This document shows positions 48,396-58,105 of a stretch of DNA of 64,000 nt, piece after piece. Source of the DNA: Bacteroides sp. UBA1773 (GTDB lineage Bacteria; Bacteroidota; Bacteroidia; Bacteroidales; Bacteroidaceae); the NCBI GenBank assembly GCA_002315285.1, contig DCGR01000097.1:2447-66446 (forward strand). The letters are read 5' to 3'. Position numbers and translations under genes: made by a program. The notes beneath the pieces were generated by a model that made no database searches, had not been told where the DNA came from, and saw only the letters and a program-made list of their open reading frames with translations. Positions within the stretch are counted from its first letter, which is position 1. The number at the start of each line of letters is the position of its first letter.

Positions 48396-49067
48396 ATGGT
48401 TTTCTTACTCTTTATCGGTATAGCCCTGCTGAGTTTCCTTATCCAAAGCAACTTGCAGAGCAAGTTCAAACGTTATAGTCGCATTCCGCTTTCCAATGGG
48501 ATGACCGGACGCGAAGTAGCCGAACTCATGTTGAGCCAGAATGGTATCAACGATGTAAGTGTCACAAGTACCCCAGGTCGCCTTACTGACCACTACAACC
48601 CTGCAAGCCATACCGTAAACCTCAGTGAGGATGTGTATAACACCTGTAGTGTTGCAGCAGCAGCAGTTGCTGCCCACGAATGTGGCCATGCCCTGCAACA
48701 CCAACTTGGTTATGCGCCACTACGTATGCGTTCCGCTCTGGTACCAGTAGTACAATTCTCATCGAACATTGTCAGTTGGATTCTATTAGGAGGTATTCTC
48801 TTAATCAACACCTTCCCGCAACTCCTCTTATTTGGTATCTGTTTATTCGCGCTCACTACTCTATTCAGCATCATCACCCTACCCATCGAGATTAATGCCT
48901 CCATGAGAGCACTTCAGTGGCTCAACGAAGCGGGAATCACCGATTCACACAACCACCCGCAAGCTCAAAGCGCATTGCGCTCAGCAGCCTATACTTATGT
49001 AGTGGCTGCACTTAGCTCGCTTGCCACTCTCATTTATTACGTACTTATCTATACCAACCGACGATAA
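48396..49067 (+). CDS. Membrane zinc metallopeptidase (YugP-like)
   Basis: HExxH motif in AAHECGHALQH. TM segments at both ends. Confidence 0.75.
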   Translation: MVFLLFIGIALLSFLIQSNLQSKFKRYSRIPLSNGMTGREVAELMLSQNGINDVSVTSTPGRLTDHYNPASHTVNLSEDVYNTCSVAAAAVAAHECGHALQHQLGYAPLRMRSALVPVVQFSSNIVSWILLGGILLINTFPQLLLFGICLFALTTLFSIITLPIEINASMRALQWLNEAGITDSHNHPQAQSALRSAAYTYVVAALSSLATLIYYVLIYTNRR

Positions 49068-49133
49068 TTTCACTTTTTTATCCAGAAAAGCAGAAAAAGA
49101 AACAAAAAAATTTGCACGTACAGAAAAAAGCAG

Positions 49134-49141
49134 TAACTTTG
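49134..49141 (+). promoter_or_regulatory. -7 box TAACTTTG (TTTG at about 49111-49114) for tRNA-Gln
   Basis: 29 nt upstream of the tRNA 5' end. Confidence 0.45.
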
Positions 49142-49170
49142 CGCTGTCTTAAGGATAAGGCATTCGGAAT

Positions 49171-49244
49171 TGGAGTATGGTGTAATGGTAACACTACAGA
49201 TTCTGGTCCTGTCATTCCAGGTTCGAATCCTGGTACTCCAACCA
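49171..49244 (+). tRNA. tRNA-Gln (anticodon CTG), CCA encoded
   Basis: Acceptor TGGAGTA/TACTCCA (U1-A72), D arm GTGT-AATGGTA-ACAC, anticodon loop TTCTGGT, T arm CCAGG-TTCGAAT-CCTGG, then A-CCA. Confidence 0.85.
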
Positions 49245-49247
49245 CAC

Positions 49248-49281
49248 AACCACTGATTCAAGAATCAGTGGTTGTTCTTTT
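49248..49281 (+). terminator. Rho-independent terminator after tRNA-Gln
   Basis: AACCACTGATT / AATCAGTGGTT stem followed by GTTCTTTTC. Confidence 0.65.
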
Positions 49282-49363
49282 CCCAGTAAATGTCTCTACT
49301 CCCTATATAAAACTGGGCTGAAAAAGAAATCGCTAATCGCTTTCTTTTACCGAATTAATATAT

Positions 49364-49371
49364 TACTTTTG
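49364..49371 (+). promoter_or_regulatory. -7 box TACTTTTG for ade
   Basis: 63 nt upstream of the ATG at 49435. Confidence 0.35.
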
Positions 49372-49434
49372 CATTATTAAACGGAAACAAAATGTCTGCA
49401 CCTACTTGGACAGGAATAAAAACAATGAGACTAA

Positions 49435-51132
49435 ATGGAAACAACCAAACACAAACAGAATACAATCTACAAAGGTCATATAGTAGATGTTATTAAACGT
49501 GAGATCTTCGATGGAGAGATTCATGTATCAAAAGGTGTCATCAGCCATATCGAGCACTGTGCCAACACAACAGCCGATGCTCCTTATTTCCTTCCTGGAT
49601 TCATCGATAGCCATGTACACATCGAAAGCAGCATGATGCTACCAACCGAATTTGCACAGATTGTAGAAGAGTTTGGCACCATTGGTGTCGTAGCCGATCC
49701 CCATGAAATAGCCAACGTATTGGGTGTCGATGGTGTAGATTTCATGATTCGGATGAGTCGCAAAACCGATTTCAACTTCTGTTTCGGTGCACCCAGTTGT
49801 GTACCCAGCTGCAATAGAGATATTGAAACAAGCGGAGCTGTACTCACTAGTCAAGAAATTGATGAATTGATGGAACGACATGACATCAGTTTACTGTCGG
49901 AAATGATGAATTTCCCTGGTGTACTAAATAATGACGAGGAAGTGATGAAAAAAATCAACTCCGCCCTACAACACGGTAAACCTGTCGATGGACATGCGCC
50001 AGGATTGACTGGTGAAGCACGACGTAGGTATGCTGCAGCAGGTATCAGCACTGATCACGAATGCTCCACCCTTGAGGAAGGACGTGAATGTCTGGAATGT
50101 GGTATGAACCTACTCATTCGAGAGGGAGCTGCCGCACGAAACTATGAGGCACTCATTCCACTTATTAAAGAATACCCCAATCGCGTGATGTTCTGTACAG
50201 ACGACAGCCACGCAGTGAAAGGACATATTAACACTATTGTGTTCAAAGCTTTGAAGGAAGGATACGACCTATGGAGCGTATTACAAGCAGCTTGTATCAA
50301 TCCACAACGCCATTATCATCTCAACTGGGGATTGCTACAGCCCAACGATCCCGCTACTTTTATCGCCCTTGATAGTCTGCAAGGAAACGCAAAGGTAATA
50401 GCAACCTATATAAAAGGCACTGAGGTTTTTCACCGCAATTCACAACTATTGGCCATCAAAGCCCAAATGCATTCAGCAGAACGACAAATGGCAATGCTCG
50501 ATGAGTATCCCAATCGTTTTGTAGCACAACCCATCACGACTGATGACATCCAGTTCCAACTGAAAGCAGGCGATACAGCCCATATCATAACTGCTACCGA
50601 CGGTAGTTTAATAACCGGGCACGATGAAGTATCTATCAGTGGAAATCCTATGGATGATGTGCGATGCTACCCTTGGAATGAAGTACAAAAGATAGTAGTA
50701 CTTGACCGTTATACCGAAAATGCACATCCCGTAGTAGGACTCATCAGGGGATTCGGCATCACCGATGGCGCTATGGCTGCCTCTATAGCTCACGACTGCC
50801 ACAATATAGTGGCCATAGGCTCCTCAGACGAATACCTTGTACAAGCCATCAATCGCATTATTGAAATGCGAGGTGGTGTGATTGCACTGGCTGGCGATGA
50901 ACAAACCGAACTGGCCCTACCAATTGCAGGTCTCATGTCTCCTCTCAACGGACATTTCATAAGCTATCGTTGCCACGAATTGTTAGGTACCATCCACCGT
51001 GCGGGGTGCACAATGCTATCGCCATTCATTACCATGAATTTCATGTGTCTGCCTGTCATCCCACATCTGAAACTTACCGACAAAGGACTATGGAACACAG
51101 ACACTTGGCAATTCATTCCAAGCCATGCCTAA
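49435..51132 (+). CDS. ade: Adenine deaminase
   Basis: 565 aa. LPGFIDSHVHIESSMM metal motif, DGHAPG, STDHE, CTDD. Confidence 0.8.
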   Translation: METTKHKQNTIYKGHIVDVIKREIFDGEIHVSKGVISHIEHCANTTADAPYFLPGFIDSHVHIESSMMLPTEFAQIVEEFGTIGVVADPHEIANVLGVDGVDFMIRMSRKTDFNFCFGAPSCVPSCNRDIETSGAVLTSQEIDELMERHDISLLSEMMNFPGVLNNDEEVMKKINSALQHGKPVDGHAPGLTGEARRRYAAAGISTDHECSTLEEGRECLECGMNLLIREGAAARNYEALIPLIKEYPNRVMFCTDDSHAVKGHINTIVFKALKEGYDLWSVLQAACINPQRHYHLNWGLLQPNDPATFIALDSLQGNAKVIATYIKGTEVFHRNSQLLAIKAQMHSAERQMAMLDEYPNRFVAQPITTDDIQFQLKAGDTAHIITATDGSLITGHDEVSISGNPMDDVRCYPWNEVQKIVVLDRYTENAHPVVGLIRGFGITDGAMAASIAHDCHNIVAIGSSDEYLVQAINRIIEMRGGVIALAGDEQTELALPIAGLMSPLNGHFISYRCHELLGTIHRAGCTMLSPFITMNFMCLPVIPHLKLTDKGLWNTDTWQFIPSHA

Positions 51133-51159
51133 TCCTTTTCCGTTCTGCAAAACACTCTG

Positions 51160-51924
51160 TTATGCAATCACCAAAGTGCCCTTTCCCAGATTGTCGGCAC
51201 TACAAATGACAACACGTCCTACACCTGCTTCAATGGCACAGAACGCATTCTGAAGTTTGGGTATCATACCTCCCTGTATGATACCTTGCTCCACATATTC
51301 TACAAACTGTTCCTTAGACAAAGTTGGAATGACACTACTATCATCATCCTCGCGAAGCAACACACCTGGTTTTTCAAAACAATAGGTGAGAGTAACGTCG
51401 AAGTACGAAGCCAATGCTTTGGCTGTTTCACCAGCTATGGTATCGGCATTCGTATTGAGCAATGAGCCTACGCCATCATGGGTAAGTGGTGCCATGACGG
51501 GAACTACGCCCTGACGGATGAGCAAGGCAAGCATTGAAGCATCAACGTGAGTGACATCTCCCACAAAGCCATAATCCACATCTTTCACCGGACGGCGTAT
51601 CGAACGAATAACATCCATATCGGCACCCGTCAATCCCAAAGCATTGATGCCAAGAGCCTGCAAACAAGCCACGATGGTCTTGTTCACCAAGCCAGCATAC
51701 ACCATTGTAACCACACGAAGCATGTCGGCATCAGTCACGCGCCGCCCATTCACCATACGGCTCTCCATTCCCAAGCGTGTAGCTAATGCAGTAGCCGAAC
51801 GACCACCTCCATGAACGAGTAACTTGTTTCCTTCGATACGTTTGAAACAATCAAGCAACCGCTGCAACGATTGTTCCTCCTCTACTATCTTGCCTCCTAC
51901 CTTGATGATTGTAAGTTTATCCAT
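51160..51924 (-). CDS. argB: Acetylglutamate kinase
   Basis: IIKVGGK, LVHGGG, NTNADT motifs. 254 aa. Confidence 0.8.
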   Translation of the reverse strand: MDKLTIIKVGGKIVEEEQSLQRLLDCFKRIEGNKLLVHGGGRSATALATRLGMESRMVNGRRVTDADMLRVVTMVYAGLVNKTIVACLQALGINALGLTGADMDVIRSIRRPVKDVDYGFVGDVTHVDASMLALLIRQGVVPVMAPLTHDGVGSLLNTNADTIAGETAKALASYFDVTLTYCFEKPGVLLREDDDSSVIPTLSKEQFVEYVEQGIIQGGMIPKLQNAFCAIEAGVGRVVICSADNLGKGTLVIA

Positions 51925-52447
51925 TTTGTAACAACTGATGTAAAAAATTCACAGAATGTGCTATCTGTACCCTATCTTCCAAGTCATCGCCCCGGAAAGA
52001 AAGTTTGGCCTGTTTGTAATAATCAAGCCGTTGAGAAAGCTGTTGTAATATGAATTGGCGAAGCTCTGTATCGGCCATACCGACAAGCAAAGGGCGACGA
52101 GTATGGCTCACAATAAGCCTACGAAACAGTACCTCCATTGAAGTGTCAAGAAAGACAGTCGATCCCTGTCGGTTCATATACTCCATATTGTCGGAAAAAC
52201 AAGGAGTGCCACCACCCGCCGCAACCACAACATCCTCAAACTCACCCACCTCACGCAACATGGCACTCTCAATACGACGAAACCCAACTTCTCCCTCTTC
52301 TTCAAAGATAGTACTTATCGACTTGCAACGACGTGCCTCGATATATTTATCAAGATCGACAAACTGCAACCCCTGTGCTTTGGCGTATGCCCTGCCCAAT
52401 GTGGTCTTGCCCGACCCCATGTAGCCTATCAGAAACAAGCGAATCAT
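51917..52447 (-). CDS. aroK: Shikimate kinase
   Basis: LIGYMGSGKTTLGR P-loop, FRRIE, GGG. 176 aa. Confidence 0.85.
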   Translation of the reverse strand: MIRLFLIGYMGSGKTTLGRAYAKAQGLQFVDLDKYIEARRCKSISTIFEEEGEVGFRRIESAMLREVGEFEDVVVAAGGGTPCFSDNMEYMNRQGSTVFLDTSMEVLFRRLIVSHTRRPLLVGMADTELRQFILQQLSQRLDYYKQAKLSFRGDDLEDRVQIAHSVNFLHQLLQNG

Positions 52448-54780
52448 TTCTTGCTTGTTCCACGCGCCTTCTTCACCGTCTTCTTAGCCTTCACTGGGGT
52501 ATCAGCCACAATCTTCATACACACATCCTCGGTAAGATCTTGTGGAACCATATTGGAAGGAATCTTATAGTTCTGCTTCTGATAGCAAATGTAAGGACCA
52601 TATCGACCATTCAGTACCTGCAAGTCAGGATTCGAAGAAAATGTTTTGATTGTTTTCTTGTCGATAGCCTCCTGACGGTCTTGAAGAATCCTGATAGCTT
52701 CATCCATGGTCACAGTAAGAGGATTAATACCTTTAGGTACGGAAGCAAGTAAGTCCTTGAAGCGTATATAGGGGCCGAAACGTCCAGCAGCCACCGTTAT
52801 GTCATTTCCTCCCATCGTGCCGACCACACGGGGCAATTTGAACGAATCCAAAGCCTTTTCAAGAGTAATCTCCTCCATATTCACACCCTTGGGGAACTGC
52901 GCAAAACGAGGTTTCTCATCGTCAGTGGCATTGCCCAGCTGAAGCACAGGACCGAAACGTCCAATCTTGGCATATAGAGGTTTCCCAGATGCAGGATCAT
53001 GCCCCACAAGACGCTCCCCCACACGATGTTCACTCTTACTATGTGTAGCTGTTTCAACCAAAGGCTCAAAATCTTTGTAGAAATCCTTGATTACGTTTAT
53101 CCATTCTATCTCGCCTTCAGCTACATCATCGAATTTCTTTTCGACATCGGCTGTAAAGTTATAATTTAATATTTCAGGGAAATTCATCATCAAGAAATCA
53201 TTCACCACGACACCCACATCAGTAGGAATCAGGCGATTTTTCTCCTTCCCCGTTTCTTCGTTTTTCTGCATGTCCGAAAGAGAGCCATCGACCGCAAGCG
53301 TAATAATTTCATATTGGCGTTTCACTCCGTCCTTATTGCCTTTTTCCACATAGCCACGCTGCTGTATGGTTGAGATAGTAGGAGCGTAAGTGGAAGGACG
53401 CCCGATGCCAAGCGCTTCCATTTCCTTTACCAATGTAGCCTCATTGTAGCGGGGACGGCTTTGTGAGAACCGTTGGGTGGCTACCACCTCCCTGCGTTGC
53501 AACTTCTCGCCTAAGGCAAGAGCTGGAAGTTGGTGGCTATCGTCGTCAGATGTCTGTTCGTCGTCAGAAGATTCCCGATACACTTTCAGAAAGCCATCGA
53601 AAGTGATTACTTCTCCATTCGCCACGAAATTCTCATTGCCATTGCTCATCTTGATGGTCACCGACGTTTTTTCCACATCGGCATCAGCCATTTGTGAAGC
53701 GATGGTGCGTTTCCATATCAACTCATAAAGACGCTTCTCGGGAACTGTACCCGTAACCGTGTCATTTGCCATATCGGTAGGACGAATTGCCTCATGAGCC
53801 TCTTGAGCACCTTTCGACTTGGTTGTAAACTGGCGGGTCTTGACATATTCATCGCCCATCCTCTCTGCAATCACCTCCCGGCTGGCATTCAACGCCAATT
53901 GGGATAGGTTGACAGAGTCTGTACGCATATAAGTAATCTTGCCACTTTCGTAAAGGTGTTGCGCGACCGACATGGTTTGTGTAACCGAAAAACCCAGTTT
54001 ACGTGCAGCCTCTTGTTGCAAGGTGGAAGTAGTGAAAGGAGGGGCAGGACACTTTTTCAACGGACGAGTGATAATATCGCCTACCTCGTACTTTGACTGT
54101 GCGCATACGTCCAAGAAGTTCCTTGCCTCATCGGAAGTTTTGAAACGCAAGGGAAGTTCGGCCTTTAGCTCCGTTCCACTCGAAGTGACAAACACGGCAG
54201 TAACCCTATACGACGACTCGCTGACAAAGTTCTTTACCTCACGTTCGCGTTCCACAATCAGCCTGACCGCCACGGATTGCACACGTCCTGCAGAAAGAGC
54301 CGGTTTCACTTTTTTCCACAACACGGGAGAGAGTTCAAAACCCACCAGACGGTCGAGTACCCGACGCGCCTGCTGCGCATTCACCAGATTGTAATCTATT
54401 TCGCGTGGTTGTTCTATTGCCTTTAAGATGGCGGGCTTTGTGATTTCGTGGAAAACAATTCGTCGCGTATTCTCAGGTTTCAATTCAAGAACCTCGAACA
54501 AGTGCCACGAAATTGCCTCCCCTTCACGGTCCTCATCGGAAGCCAACCACACCATCTCGGCTTGCCTGGCTTTTTCCTTCAGTTCGCTGACCAGTTTTTG
54601 CTTATCCTCAGGAATTTCGTAATTAGGTTGGAAATCATGCAGAATATCGATGCCACATTCATTCTTTTTCAAGTCACGAATATGCCCGTAACTCGACAAC
54701 ACCTTATAATCAGCACCCAAGAATTTCTCTATCGTCTTGGCTTTTGCAGGAGACTCAACAATGACCAGATTCTTTTGCAT
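52444..54780 (-). CDS. topA: DNA topoisomerase I
   Basis: LVIVESPAKAKTIEKFLG, Toprim DEDREGE, active-site region ITYMRTDS. C-terminal basic tail. Confidence 0.9.
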   Translation of the reverse strand: MQKNLVIVESPAKAKTIEKFLGADYKVLSSYGHIRDLKKNECGIDILHDFQPNYEIPEDKQKLVSELKEKARQAEMVWLASDEDREGEAISWHLFEVLELKPENTRRIVFHEITKPAILKAIEQPREIDYNLVNAQQARRVLDRLVGFELSPVLWKKVKPALSAGRVQSVAVRLIVEREREVKNFVSESSYRVTAVFVTSSGTELKAELPLRFKTSDEARNFLDVCAQSKYEVGDIITRPLKKCPAPPFTTSTLQQEAARKLGFSVTQTMSVAQHLYESGKITYMRTDSVNLSQLALNASREVIAERMGDEYVKTRQFTTKSKGAQEAHEAIRPTDMANDTVTGTVPEKRLYELIWKRTIASQMADADVEKTSVTIKMSNGNENFVANGEVITFDGFLKVYRESSDDEQTSDDDSHQLPALALGEKLQRREVVATQRFSQSRPRYNEATLVKEMEALGIGRPSTYAPTISTIQQRGYVEKGNKDGVKRQYEIITLAVDGSLSDMQKNEETGKEKNRLIPTDVGVVVNDFLMMNFPEILNYNFTADVEKKFDDVAEGEIEWINVIKDFYKDFEPLVETATHSKSEHRVGERLVGHDPASGKPLYAKIGRFGPVLQLGNATDDEKPRFAQFPKGVNMEEITLEKALDSFKLPRVVGTMGGNDITVAAGRFGPYIRFKDLLASVPKGINPLTVTMDEAIRILQDRQEAIDKKTIKTFSSNPDLQVLNGRYGPYICYQKQNYKIPSNMVPQDLTEDVCMKIVADTPVKAKKTVKKARGTSKK

Positions 54781-54807
54781 ATAACTATGTCTTCAAAAAT
54801 TTGGCTG

Positions 54808-54815
54808 CAAAGTTA
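54808..54815 (-). promoter_or_regulatory. -7 box TAACTTTG (minus strand) for topA-aroK-argB
   Basis: CAAAGTTA on the plus strand, 27 nt from the topA ATG. Confidence 0.45.
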
Positions 54816-54916
54816 ATGCAAAAATACAAACTGCAAAAACATTCATATTAATGAGGTGCATTTTTTATCCAAAATTATTTTTCATGTCAGATTGTTAGCG
54901 ATTCGAAAAAAATGAT

Positions 54917-54924
54917 TACTTTTG
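54917..54924 (+). promoter_or_regulatory. -7 box TACTTTTG for the Lrp-family gene
   Basis: 29 nt upstream of the ATG at 54954. Confidence 0.4.
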
Positions 54925-54953
54925 CTGACAAAATGTAACAAATAGACAGCTAT

Positions 54954-55418
54954 ATGGAAAAAATTGATGAACTTGATCGTCAAATACTGGAAATTATCTC
55001 ACAAAACGCCCGCATTCCCTTCAAAGATGTAGCCGACGTATGTGGCGTGTCGAGAGCCGCAATCCACCAGCGTGTGCAAAAACTCATTGACATAGGTGTC
55101 ATCACTGGATCAAAATACTGCATCAACCCCAAAAGCCTGGGATTCAACACCTGCACCTATGTTGGCATCAAACTGGAAAAGGGTTCCATGTACAAACAAG
55201 TGGTGGCGGCACTCGCCAAAATTCCGGAAATAGTGGAATGTCATTTCACGACAGGTCCCTACACCATGATTACAAAACTCTACTCACGCGACAACGAGCA
55301 TCTGATGGAACTGCTCAACAACAAAATACAGGAGATTCCTGGCGTAAGCGCCACCGAAACACTCATCTCGCTCGAGCAAAGCATCAAAAAAGAGATGCCC
55401 ATCCCCACTGCCCTATAA
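54954..55418 (+). CDS. Lrp/AsnC-family transcriptional regulator
   Basis: LDELDRQILEIISQNARIPFKDVADVCGVSRAAIHQRVQKL HTH, followed by a RAM-like C-terminus. Confidence 0.85.
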   Translation: MEKIDELDRQILEIISQNARIPFKDVADVCGVSRAAIHQRVQKLIDIGVITGSKYCINPKSLGFNTCTYVGIKLEKGSMYKQVVAALAKIPEIVECHFTTGPYTMITKLYSRDNEHLMELLNNKIQEIPGVSATETLISLEQSIKKEMPIPTAL

Positions 55419-55430
55419 ACGACAACTGAC

Positions 55431-55769
55431 ATGGAATGGCTTAACGAATATCATTTAGGAGGCATTGTCATAGGAATCTGCACTTTTCTCATCATCGGAA
55501 TGTTTCACCCCATAGTAATAAAAGCTGAATACCATTGGGGGATGCGTTGCCGATGGTGGTTCGCACTGTTGGGCATGGGAGGCATGATAGGATCGGTAAT
55601 GGCCGACAACATCCTGCTACAAACACTGCTGGGCGTTTTCTCATTCTCTTCGTTCTGGTCGGTGAAGGAAATTACCGAACAGCACGACAGGGTGCTGAAA
55701 GGGTGGTTCCCTATGAATCCCAAACGGAAGTCGGATTATGAACCAAAACAAGACAATCATGCCATCTGA
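55431..55769 (+). CDS. Small membrane protein (DUF4491-like)
   Basis: 112 aa with three hydrophobic helices. The family name is from memory only. Confidence 0.5.
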   Translation: MEWLNEYHLGGIVIGICTFLIIGMFHPIVIKAEYHWGMRCRWWFALLGMGGMIGSVMADNILLQTLLGVFSFSSFWSVKEITEQHDRVLKGWFPMNPKRKSDYEPKQDNHAI

Positions 55770-56547
55770 CAATCGGATGAACACTTGCAAGCATCTCGAC
55801 GGCAACAGTCTGTTGCCAACCAGGCCTTTGATTGGCCTGACCGGTAACTTCGTAGATGGCTGTTGCTCATTGGCCTCAGCCTACTACACTTCCGTGCTGA
55901 AGGCAGGGGGAGTCCCTCTCGTTATCCCGCCAACTGGCAACGATGAAATCATAGCACACATACTCGGATTCCTTGACGGCATAGTGCTGACAGGCGGTGC
56001 CGACCTGAACCCATTATTGATAGGCGAAGAACCCATTCCGCAGCTACGAGGCATCAATGCGGAACGCGATAGCCATGAGTTGCTGGTCACACGTATGGCC
56101 GCCGACCTGCACATCCCCATTTTAGGAATCTGTCGGGGAATACAAGTCATTGGGGCGGCTTTCGGAGGATTGCTCTATCAGGACATATATACGCAACACC
56201 ATGGAACAACATGCAAACACGACCAGAATGCCGACCGCTGGGTGGCGACCCACACCGTCGAGCTCTTGTCTGGAAGCCAGCTATACAATTTGTTCCAGAC
56301 AACAAGGCTTGCCGTCAATTCGTTTCACCACCAAGCGGTAAAGACACCTCCCCAAGGATTCATGGTGTCAGCTACCGCGCCCGATGGCATCATTGAAGCC
56401 ATGGAGAGCGTAAATGACCATCAGATACTGGCAGTGCAATGGCATCCCGAATGTTTCATCATGCACAACGACGAAAGCATGATGCCCATCTTCCATTGGC
56501 TCATAAAGGAAGCCTCATCGCATAAAGAACAACAAATAAGTAACTGA
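55738..56547 (+). CDS. Class-I glutamine amidotransferase-like hydrolase (peptidase C26 / PuuD-like)
   Basis: GICRGIQV nucleophile elbow and VQWHPE His motif. The start is uncertain: alternative ATGs at 55759 and 55777 would reduce the overlap with the upstream gene. Confidence 0.7.
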   Translation: MNQNKTIMPSDNRMNTCKHLDGNSLLPTRPLIGLTGNFVDGCCSLASAYYTSVLKAGGVPLVIPPTGNDEIIAHILGFLDGIVLTGGADLNPLLIGEEPIPQLRGINAERDSHELLVTRMAADLHIPILGICRGIQVIGAAFGGLLYQDIYTQHHGTTCKHDQNADRWVATHTVELLSGSQLYNLFQTTRLAVNSFHHQAVKTPPQGFMVSATAPDGIIEAMESVNDHQILAVQWHPECFIMHNDESMMPIFHWLIKEASSHKEQQISN

Positions 56548-56550
56548 GTC

Positions 56551-57552
56551 ATGACAAACAAGTTAAAAACCTCCTTCGTGACAGTGATGCTTCTGCTGAC
56601 AACCGTGGCTTGTGGAAACACCTCACAAAAGCAAATTGCCGACAACGAAACCGATCCAGAACCGACAATCCCCACATTCAACGCCGATAGCGCATACCAT
56701 CATGTGGCCACACAAGCCAATTTCGGTCCGCGTGTGCCCAACACCGAAGTTCACTGGCAATGTGCCGCCTTTCTCGCAAACCAATTAGAGAGATACGGAG
56801 CCAAGGTGACACGTCAGGAAACGACACTCCTCGCATGGGACGGCACCCCACTACGTGCCTGCAACATCATCGGTGCATACCGCCCTGAACTGAAAAAAAG
56901 AGTGCTCCTATGTGCACACTGGGACAGTCGCCCATACGCTGACAACGACCCCGATGCGAAAAACCACAAAACCCCCATCCTAGGTGTCAATGATGGAGCC
57001 AGCGGTGTTGGAGTATTACTTGAAGTAGCGCGCCAGTTACAAGCACAGTCACCCACAATCGGTATCGACATCATATTCTTCGATGCCGAAGATTACGGCA
57101 TCCCACAATGGTGGGAAGGCAAATACAAAAATCACACCTGGTGCCTCGGCTCACAATACTGGAGCCGCCACCCACACACACCAAACTACAATGCCCGATA
57201 CGGCATACTGCTCGACATGGTAGGCGGCAAGAACGCCACCTTCTTCTATGAAGGCTACTCGCAACGGACAGCAGCCTCCGCCATGAAGAAAATATGGAAG
57301 CATGCACGGAGACTGGGATTCGAGCAGTTCTTCATCGACAAGCCAGGCGACGAAGTCACCGACGACCATGTGTATGTAAACGACATCACACATATTCCGT
57401 GTGTCGATATCATCAACTGCGACCCCACTTCAAAAAGGTCCTCGTTTGGTGAAACCTGGCATACCGTCAACGACAATCTTCAACAGATTGACCGCGCCAC
57501 GCTTCACGCCGTTGGACAAACTCTATTAAACGTTATCTACCGAGAAAAATGA
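56551..57552 (+). CDS. M28-fold lipoprotein, probably glutaminyl-peptide cyclotransferase (type II QC)
   Basis: Lipoprotein signal LLLTTVAC. CAHWDSRPYAD, GVNDGASGVGVLLE and FFDAED motifs. Confidence 0.65.
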   Translation: MTNKLKTSFVTVMLLLTTVACGNTSQKQIADNETDPEPTIPTFNADSAYHHVATQANFGPRVPNTEVHWQCAAFLANQLERYGAKVTRQETTLLAWDGTPLRACNIIGAYRPELKKRVLLCAHWDSRPYADNDPDAKNHKTPILGVNDGASGVGVLLEVARQLQAQSPTIGIDIIFFDAEDYGIPQWWEGKYKNHTWCLGSQYWSRHPHTPNYNARYGILLDMVGGKNATFFYEGYSQRTAASAMKKIWKHARRLGFEQFFIDKPGDEVTDDHVYVNDITHIPCVDIINCDPTSKRSSFGETWHTVNDNLQQIDRATLHAVGQTLLNVIYREK

Positions 57553-57980
57553 AATCCATAAACGAACTACAAGACGAAGTTATCGAGGAGTTTTCCGACT
57601 TCGATGATTGGATGGACAAATACCAGTTGCTCATCGACCTCGGCAGCGAGCAGCAACCTCTTCCTGCCGAATACAAGACCGATGAGAACCTCATTGATGG
57701 CTGTCAAAGCCGCGTGTGGCTACATGCCGACCTTCAGAATGGCAAGTTGGTGTTCCAGGCCGAGAGCGATGCCCTGATTGTGAAAGGCATTGTCAGCCTG
57801 CTCATCAAGGTCGTATCGGGCCACACTCCCAACGAAATCCTTGACACCGACCTTTATTTCATCGAACGTGTCGGACTGAAAGAACACCTCTCGCCCACCC
57901 GAAGCAACGGACTGGCATCGATGGTAAAAAAGATGAGGATTTACGCTTTAGCCTACAAGACCAAAGAGGAACAGCAATAG
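57549..57980 (+). CDS. sufE: SufE-family sulfur acceptor protein
   Basis: DGCQSRVWL active-site Cys motif. 143 aa. Confidence 0.8.
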   Translation: MKSINELQDEVIEEFSDFDDWMDKYQLLIDLGSEQQPLPAEYKTDENLIDGCQSRVWLHADLQNGKLVFQAESDALIVKGIVSLLIKVVSGHTPNEILDTDLYFIERVGLKEHLSPTRSNGLASMVKKMRIYALAYKTKEEQQ

Positions 57981-58092
57981 CAACTCCCATAAACCAGTCT
58001 CGCCCTTGGAGTTTGTCCTTTGTCGATGGGTCATAAAACATGCAGGAGATCAATTTGCCTTCCTTTTATTTGCTTATCCGCATAAGTTGAGC

Positions 58093-58100
58093 TAATTTTG
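58093..58100 (+). promoter_or_regulatory. -7 box TAATTTTG (TTTG at 58069-58072) only 5 nt upstream of the ruvB ATG
   Basis: Matches TAnnTTTG with a 20-nt spacer from TTTG. Confidence 0.4.
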
Positions 58101-58105
58101 CACGC

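Noticed and set aside
49282-49434. Possible purine riboswitch in the 63-nt-plus leader of adenine deaminase.
   Set aside because: I could not find the conserved purine-riboswitch junction sequences or a three-way-junction fold. Only short A/T-rich stems are present.
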